This document shows, piece after piece, positions 58,865 through 64,000 of a DNA stretch of 64,000 nucleotides. The stretch is from Spirochaetales bacterium (GTDB lineage: Bacteria > Spirochaetota > Spirochaetia > DSM-2461): the NCBI GenBank assembly GCA_016936555.1, contig JAFGXR010000103.1:17931-81930 (forward strand). Reading direction: 5' to 3'. The position numbers and the translations under genes are program-made. The number at the start of each line of letters is the position of its first letter. The stretch's first letter is position 1. The notes under the pieces were generated by a model. It did not search any database. It worked only from the letters and a program-made list of their open reading frames with translations, and was not told the DNA's origin.

Positions 58865-60646
58865 TTATTCATGGATCGGTTCTCCCTCAGGGATGGTATA
58901 GCTTATGGCTGACGCCCTGTTTGTATCGGTGTGAAAATAATCGTTAACAGCTTCAATATCAGTAATATCCGTATCGGGGATTGATGTGTGGAGCATTGAA
59001 TCCGGGCAGCCGTACAGTCCGTTCTCCGTCAGGAGCCTCACGCGGCCCTGTGCACCGAGATAGACGCCATACCGCCTCCCCGCCGCTGAAGAGGTGAAAA
59101 TGTTATTGTAGCTCAGATAGAAATTGGCACCGTATGCACCGTACAGGGCAAAAGCCTCATAGCCGTCACCGCCGTCGATCTCATTGTAATCGGCCACAGC
59201 CTTCCCGTTGTTGACCATATAAATGCCGTAGGTCCTGCCATCGGCTCCCGGAGCGGAACCGCCGGAGATACTGTTGCCCCGGAGCAGCGGTTCACATTCG
59301 AAATCATTGAAGACGGCAAAGGATTCCGACCCGGCTCCCGCAGCTGTCCCGCCGGAAATTGTATTACCGTAGAGAACCGGCGCGGCGCCTTCTGTCGCCC
59401 TGACGACATAGACTTTCGAATAATCCGCAGTTGTTGTTCCACCGTGAATTTCGTTGAAGAGAAGACGGGGAACAGACCGGCCTGTGACAAACAGAGCCGT
59501 TGACTGATCCGCGGCGGAACCTCCGGTGATAATATTGTGCTGAACCTCCGAGGTGACGCTGTTGAGGGACAGTGCCGGCGTTCCGCCCTGGCCATTTATC
59601 GTATTATGCTGAATTCCGGCACCGGCTCCGGAAGAATAGGAGACATGGCCGTTAATGATAAAACCCTCGAGCAGAACGCTGTTATCAAGGACTGAACCCG
59701 AAGCGCCTATGCTGCCGTTTACAATAGTCTGATAGAGAGTCCTGTTTTTATAATCCCTCGCGCTTCCCGACGAAGCATAGCCTCCGTACAGGGGTGCGCC
59801 CGCCTTCATGGTGAAATTCTGATTGTATGTGCCGGTCCTCACGATAACCCCGAGTAAGTTTGAATCGGCTGAGCATGTATCGATGGCCGACTGGATCGAG
59901 GCGGTATTGTCGGGAACGATGACAAAGCTCTGCAGTATGTCCAGAGTGATTTCCGTATGGCTTTTCAGAATAACCTCTGTATCCTTTGCGGATTGGTTCT
60001 CAAAAACAGGGGCTTCCCCGGAGTTCGACAGGACGCTCCATTGTGAAAGATCAAAAAAATCATTGATTTCGCATGAAAGCCGGGCTGCATCGGGAAGAGC
60101 TATTGTCACGGAATTTCCCGCTGTGACGTTTACGGGAGACCTTATGGCACCATAGCTGTCATCGCCGGACCCGGCGACTGTCAAAGTCAGCAACCAGAGC
60201 CCCTGTCCGGTCAAATCGAAACAATCGGTATCCCCTTCTCTTTCCACAAAAAGCTTTCCCTCATAATCGCCGCCGCTATCCGGTGAGAATTCTATGAAAA
60301 TATCATTGATAGTCTTTCCTTCGGGAATGAGGAGAGGAAGACCGGGACCTTTTCCGTCCACAAAGGAAAACGCCGCGCCGACAAGACTGATGTTGTTGAT
60401 AATAAGGTCGCCCGCTCCGATATTCTTAATCTTCAGCGCCTGAATGGCGCGGTCTCCCGTTCCGACCGGCTTTCCCCCGAAATCCAGAATCCCCTCCTGA
60501 TTATTGTAGATCTTTTCAAATCCGGTAAAATCGACGTACTGGATCTCTCCTCCGGCTGAGCCTGTGCTAATGGAATCGCAGCCTCCCGTAAAGAGAATAA
60601 CCGCAGAACCGATCAGAATAGATATGATTCTCAAAACCGATTTCAT
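58865..60646 (-). CDS. Lipoprotein with Ig-like (choice-of-anchor D) and right-handed beta-helix domains
   Basis: Lipobox FTGGC; LDFGG...KIKNIGAGDLII; IQSAID...GTY...LYGGY; repeated N(T/I)I.GG rungs. Confidence 0.8.
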   Translation of the reverse strand: MKSVLRIISILIGSAVILFTGGCDSISTGSAGGEIQYVDFTGFEKIYNNQEGILDFGGKPVGTGDRAIQALKIKNIGAGDLIINNISLVGAAFSFVDGKGPGLPLLIPEGKTINDIFIEFSPDSGGDYEGKLFVEREGDTDCFDLTGQGLWLLTLTVAGSGDDSYGAIRSPVNVTAGNSVTIALPDAARLSCEINDFFDLSQWSVLSNSGEAPVFENQSAKDTEVILKSHTEITLDILQSFVIVPDNTASIQSAIDTCSADSNLLGVIVRTGTYNQNFTMKAGAPLYGGYASSGSARDYKNRTLYQTIVNGSIGASGSVLDNSVLLEGFIINGHVSYSSGAGAGIQHNTINGQGGTPALSLNSVTSEVQHNIITGGSAADQSTALFVTGRSVPRLLFNEIHGGTTTADYSKVYVVRATEGAAPVLYGNTISGGTAAGAGSESFAVFNDFECEPLLRGNSISGGSAPGADGRTYGIYMVNNGKAVADYNEIDGGDGYEAFALYGAYGANFYLSYNNIFTSSAAGRRYGVYLGAQGRVRLLTENGLYGCPDSMLHTSIPDTDITDIEAVNDYFHTDTNRASAISYTIPEGEPIHE

Positions 60647-60648
60647 CT

Positions 60649-61290
60649 TCAGGTCCCCCTTTTCCGGCCGAAAAGATTTAAAAGATAATACTCGGCCATA
60701 AACATAAGCAGGGGAATCAGTATTCCGTAGACCTGCCATCCATCGGTAAGCCCCAGGATGTTGTAAAGAGAATGAATGGAAGCGGAAAACAGAAAGAGGC
60801 CGGCCAGAAGACCGTATGAGAAGAATCCCCGGTTCCGCATAAGCTGAATCGAATAACCGATCAGGGCGGTCATCGTACCGTGAAGGAGGCAGGCTGTGAG
60901 ACTTCGGGTAATTATGAATAAAAGACTGTCTCCAAGTCCCGATGAGGCGCTTATGGTGAGGTAAAGATAATTTTCCAGAATGGAAAAACCGATTCCCGAA
61001 GCCATGGCGTATATGACGATACTGGATTTCCCGATTTTCCTCCGTCCTTTGACCAGAAAGAGAAGCGGGAATATTTTTATGAGCTCCTCCATTACCGGAA
61101 TGATCTGCGTCAGGAAAATCGTCTGATCCAGAAGGAAATATCTGTCGATCAGCAGATTAATCAAATAGACGATAATGGCCGATGTAAGGCCCCAGGTAAA
61201 AAAGAGAATGAGATTCCGGTGTTCCCCTTTAATGACAATCACCAGGAACAGGAGAGGAATCAGCGTTCCGAAATATACGGCTTCAATCAT
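60649..61290 (-). CDS. PrsW-family intramembrane metalloprotease
   Basis: PVMEELIK, GFSILEN, LHGTMT, HSLYN. Confidence 0.9.
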   Translation of the reverse strand: MIEAVYFGTLIPLLFLVIVIKGEHRNLILFFTWGLTSAIIVYLINLLIDRYFLLDQTIFLTQIIPVMEELIKIFPLLFLVKGRRKIGKSSIVIYAMASGIGFSILENYLYLTISASSGLGDSLLFIITRSLTACLLHGTMTALIGYSIQLMRNRGFFSYGLLAGLFLFSASIHSLYNILGLTDGWQVYGILIPLLMFMAEYYLLNLFGRKRGT

Positions 61291-62026
61291 CAGAGACCTC
61301 GTTTCTCTGAAGAGATGTCGAAGTATACATGATCAATCCCAAAGGAACGAGAAGTACCGGTAGTCCCGAAGGAATCCGGAGGTTCACAGGATAAAAAGTG
61401 AGATATACCGTCATATCGCTCAGGACGATCAAAATAAGGGCTGTGCTAAAGCCTTTGAACGCCTGAAACCGGATTCGGAATAATAGAGCCCTGATTATTG
61501 TCAGGACAGCTGTTCCCGTAAAAGCGAAGGAATAGAGGGAGAAAAGAATTCCTCTTTCGCCTTTCAGAAAAACATATACAGGAATTGCAAAGAGCAGCAG
61601 AGGAAAAAACATGGCAAAGCTGAGTGCTTTCCCCTCATGTTCCAGTTCATTTTCCAGATAGGAGAGAAGACCGGTTGAAAGAAAGGCAAAGAGAAAAAAA
61701 TCTATAGTTCCGAAGGGAAGGAGATAGAGGCTCCGGTCGGTAATGCTGCTGAAAAGAACTGATGCAGAAAAAGATACAAACCTGCCGCCAGCGGCCAGGG
61801 CGGTAATGATGGCGAAAGGCCTATACTTCCGTTCCCCGATAACAGAAACAAGCAGAATCGTGCAGAGAAGGGAAACAGCCAGAAAAATCCAATAGACTAT
61901 GCTGTCCGGAATGTAATCCTTATCGCCTGAGAGCACTTCCGACAGAGAATACAGGAATATCCAGATCAGATAAGCTATCGTGAGAAAATTTAAAAATATA
62001 TGGGATTTTGTTCCGGATTCTACCAT
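61283..62026 (-). CDS. Hypothetical polytopic membrane protein (about 7 TM)
   Basis: 247 aa, mostly hydrophobic; overlaps both neighbours. Confidence 0.75.
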   Translation of the reverse strand: MVESGTKSHIFLNFLTIAYLIWIFLYSLSEVLSGDKDYIPDSIVYWIFLAVSLLCTILLVSVIGERKYRPFAIITALAAGGRFVSFSASVLFSSITDRSLYLLPFGTIDFFLFAFLSTGLLSYLENELEHEGKALSFAMFFPLLLFAIPVYVFLKGERGILFSLYSFAFTGTAVLTIIRALLFRIRFQAFKGFSTALILIVLSDMTVYLTFYPVNLRIPSGLPVLLVPLGLIMYTSTSLQRNEVSDD

Positions 62027-63702
62027 TGAGCCATAAATCCCAGATTGACGGAGAAATTAAAAGCGTTTTCCTCGAGAAGGTATCCCGTTCCATCTTCGGA
62101 ATAGCGGTTCAGGTCGATATCCTTCATATGCGTTTCACTCGTAAAGGATGTCTCTCCGATTGTGGTCAGATTTTTGAGATCCACAGTCATAAGGAATTTT
62201 TCTCCTACGGGAAAAGCCAGACCGACCAGGGAATTGATCTCCCAGTCAAGATCTGTCGAACTTTCCGTCTCTTCCCAGACAGATAGAGTGTCCAGATTAA
62301 AAGCTCTGTAGGACAATAACTGGTAAAGCGCTGAAATGGAAAAATCAAAATAGACAGCCATATCCTTCAGGGGAGTCCACCGGCTTCTTGCGGCCAGTGA
62401 AAATGAGTGAATAACCGTCTCGGAAGGATAAAGCTCATAGGCGATGATGCTGTTGTTCGCAGGGTCCGTTCCCAGGCTCAGTTCCGTGTAATGACCGGGA
62501 TTCAGGCTGTTGAAAAGATTCTGCCCCGCTGCGGAATCTCCATTCTGACTGTAGACTTCTCCATAACGGGAATAAGAGAACCCCAGGCGGAATTTTCTGT
62601 TTTTTTCCCGATTCCGGAGATCGAAGCCCGTCATGACCATAAAGCTGCCCAGTCCGGAATTATAGATCTGATCGTAGTAGCTGCTGTCGGAGATGAGAAG
62701 GTCCGTCAGGATATGCTGCATATAATGATCGAATCTGTAGCCGATTATCTTATACTGGCCGTCAATGATCCAATCTGTTTTTTCAGATATGGGGAGCCGC
62801 GTCGTGACCGCGAGATCCAGATTCGTCGTAACGGCCAGGGCTTCATGGTTAAAGGAAGTGACATTGTCTGTTGGGCCGCCGTCTTCCTCCAGAAGGAAAT
62901 AATAATCCTTCAGGGTGTAGAGAGTATCTTTATAACCGTCCCCATCGGTATCAACGGCCCGATATTCCGCTGAACTGTCCTCAAATATACCGCGATAAAG
63001 CAAACTGAAAGAGAGAGTCGATTTGCCGGGATACAGATCGATTGAAGCGGATCCGTTTATTCCGTGGCGGAAGCTGTCGACCGGATTTGTAACTCCCGTT
63101 GTATCAGCATAGATAAGGGAGGGATTGAAAGTTCTGTCGGTTATCCAGCGGAAAACTTTAGGCTTGTACTCCAGAGAGTAGCCAAGAGCGAAACCCAGAT
63201 CAAGGGACTTTTCCCCGGCCGGGAGGGCCAGGTAAAGATCGGCGCCGAAATCATAGAGATTCATCGACGTCTCCATTTCCGAATCTTCCGAAACGGAATT
63301 GTAATTCAGATAGGAAAGATTTTCGTAGCTGTGGTTCGACTGGTAGGATATGTCGATTCCGAAAAGCGATCCGCTTTCCAGTGGGATAAAAAGCGAAAAG
63401 GACAAGAGAGGCAGAAGGTGAAGGGACAAATCCGTTCCGGTCCCTCCGGCCGCCCCTATTGAATCATCAATTCTCTCCTGCACATTCTTCTGATAATCCA
63501 TCGAAAATTCCAGATGATTCAGAAGAGTCTTCTCTTTCAGGTTATTCAGGACGGAGGGATACCGGCCGTAGGATAATTCCGGGAAAAGGGCACTGCCCGT
63601 ACCGTTCAGAAAAAGGAGATCCATGCCTTTAATTTCCGTTTGTCCCGGCAGAAGAGTCAGAACAAGAAAGCAGAGGGCACACATCAATATTTGTTTCTTC
63701 AT
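62020..63702 (-). CDS. Exported protein, candidate outer-membrane beta-barrel
   Basis: Signal peptide; alternating-residue strands (FGADLYLAL, LGFALGYSL, FRLGFSYSR); ends NFSVNLGFMAQW. Confidence 0.6.
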   Translation of the reverse strand: MKKQILMCALCFLVLTLLPGQTEIKGMDLLFLNGTGSALFPELSYGRYPSVLNNLKEKTLLNHLEFSMDYQKNVQERIDDSIGAAGGTGTDLSLHLLPLLSFSLFIPLESGSLFGIDISYQSNHSYENLSYLNYNSVSEDSEMETSMNLYDFGADLYLALPAGEKSLDLGFALGYSLEYKPKVFRWITDRTFNPSLIYADTTGVTNPVDSFRHGINGSASIDLYPGKSTLSFSLLYRGIFEDSSAEYRAVDTDGDGYKDTLYTLKDYYFLLEEDGGPTDNVTSFNHEALAVTTNLDLAVTTRLPISEKTDWIIDGQYKIIGYRFDHYMQHILTDLLISDSSYYDQIYNSGLGSFMVMTGFDLRNREKNRKFRLGFSYSRYGEVYSQNGDSAAGQNLFNSLNPGHYTELSLGTDPANNSIIAYELYPSETVIHSFSLAARSRWTPLKDMAVYFDFSISALYQLLSYRAFNLDTLSVWEETESSTDLDWEINSLVGLAFPVGEKFLMTVDLKNLTTIGETSFTSETHMKDIDLNRYSEDGTGYLLEENAFNFSVNLGFMAQW

Positions 63703-63719
63703 GGTTTTTCTTTCCTTTT

Positions 63720-64000
63720 TCAAAAATTGTTAACGGTAATGATGATTGCTGATTTTTCTGTATTCGCTGTTTTTTTTGTATTCTATCCGCTGGGCCACTA
63801 TGGATCGGCTGTTATAGGGATCATAATATTTAAACTGACTCTCCTCCCTGATTCTGTAATAAACACCGTCTCTGTATTCATCTCTGTACCGGATGGAAAG
63901 CCTGTCATAGAGAAGGGTTCCGCCATCGGTATAACGGGACTTATCGGTCAGTTCGGAATGGCTGTTGTATGTATAAGTCGTGTATTCGCTGAGAACTCCA
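63720..64000 (-). CDS. C-terminal fragment of a protein with YD-like repeats (runs off the right edge; absent from the ORF track)
   Basis: Open frame GVLSEYTTYTYNSHSELTDKSRYTDGG...YKKTANTEKSAIIITVNNF-TGA(63720). Confidence 0.6.

Overview
This 64-kb window is from a free-living-type anaerobic spirochaete (Spirochaetia). The assignment is inferred from two gene orders that recall Borrelia/Treponema (gltX-glyS-tyrS, and prfB-PEGA-ftsY-hyp-lolCDE) and from spirochaete-style lipoprotein signals. About 1-48 kb is mostly core genome: three aaRS genes, c-di-GMP proteins, a uridine-kinase-like gene, a YtrA/GntR ABC operon, mcsA-mcsB-clpC, lolCDE, ftsY, prfB with an intact +1 frameshift, a ClC protein, rlmKL, aroC and an NAD-linked formate dehydrogenase. 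About 48-64 kb looks accessory and is rich in envelope proteases and lipoproteins. Best leads: (1) a lipoprotein papain-family (C1) peptidase whose catalytic domain appears circularly permuted (Asn270 precedes Cys557 and His739), overlapping a small exported cystatin-like gene (QVIAG), i.e. a candidate protease/inhibitor pair; (2) an orphan Cas2/VapD-like gene coupled to prfB, with no cas1 or array in the window; (3) a McsB lacking its catalytic motifs, next to a 67-aa mini-McsA; (4) a trkA-trkH operon collapsed to 757 bp; (5) a switch-like leader upstream of a GNAT gene; (6) an operon with a beta-barrel candidate, PrsW, lipoproteins and clostripain. No tRNA, rRNA, CRISPR array or transposase was recognised. 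All family calls come from motif reading by eye; no database searches were run.
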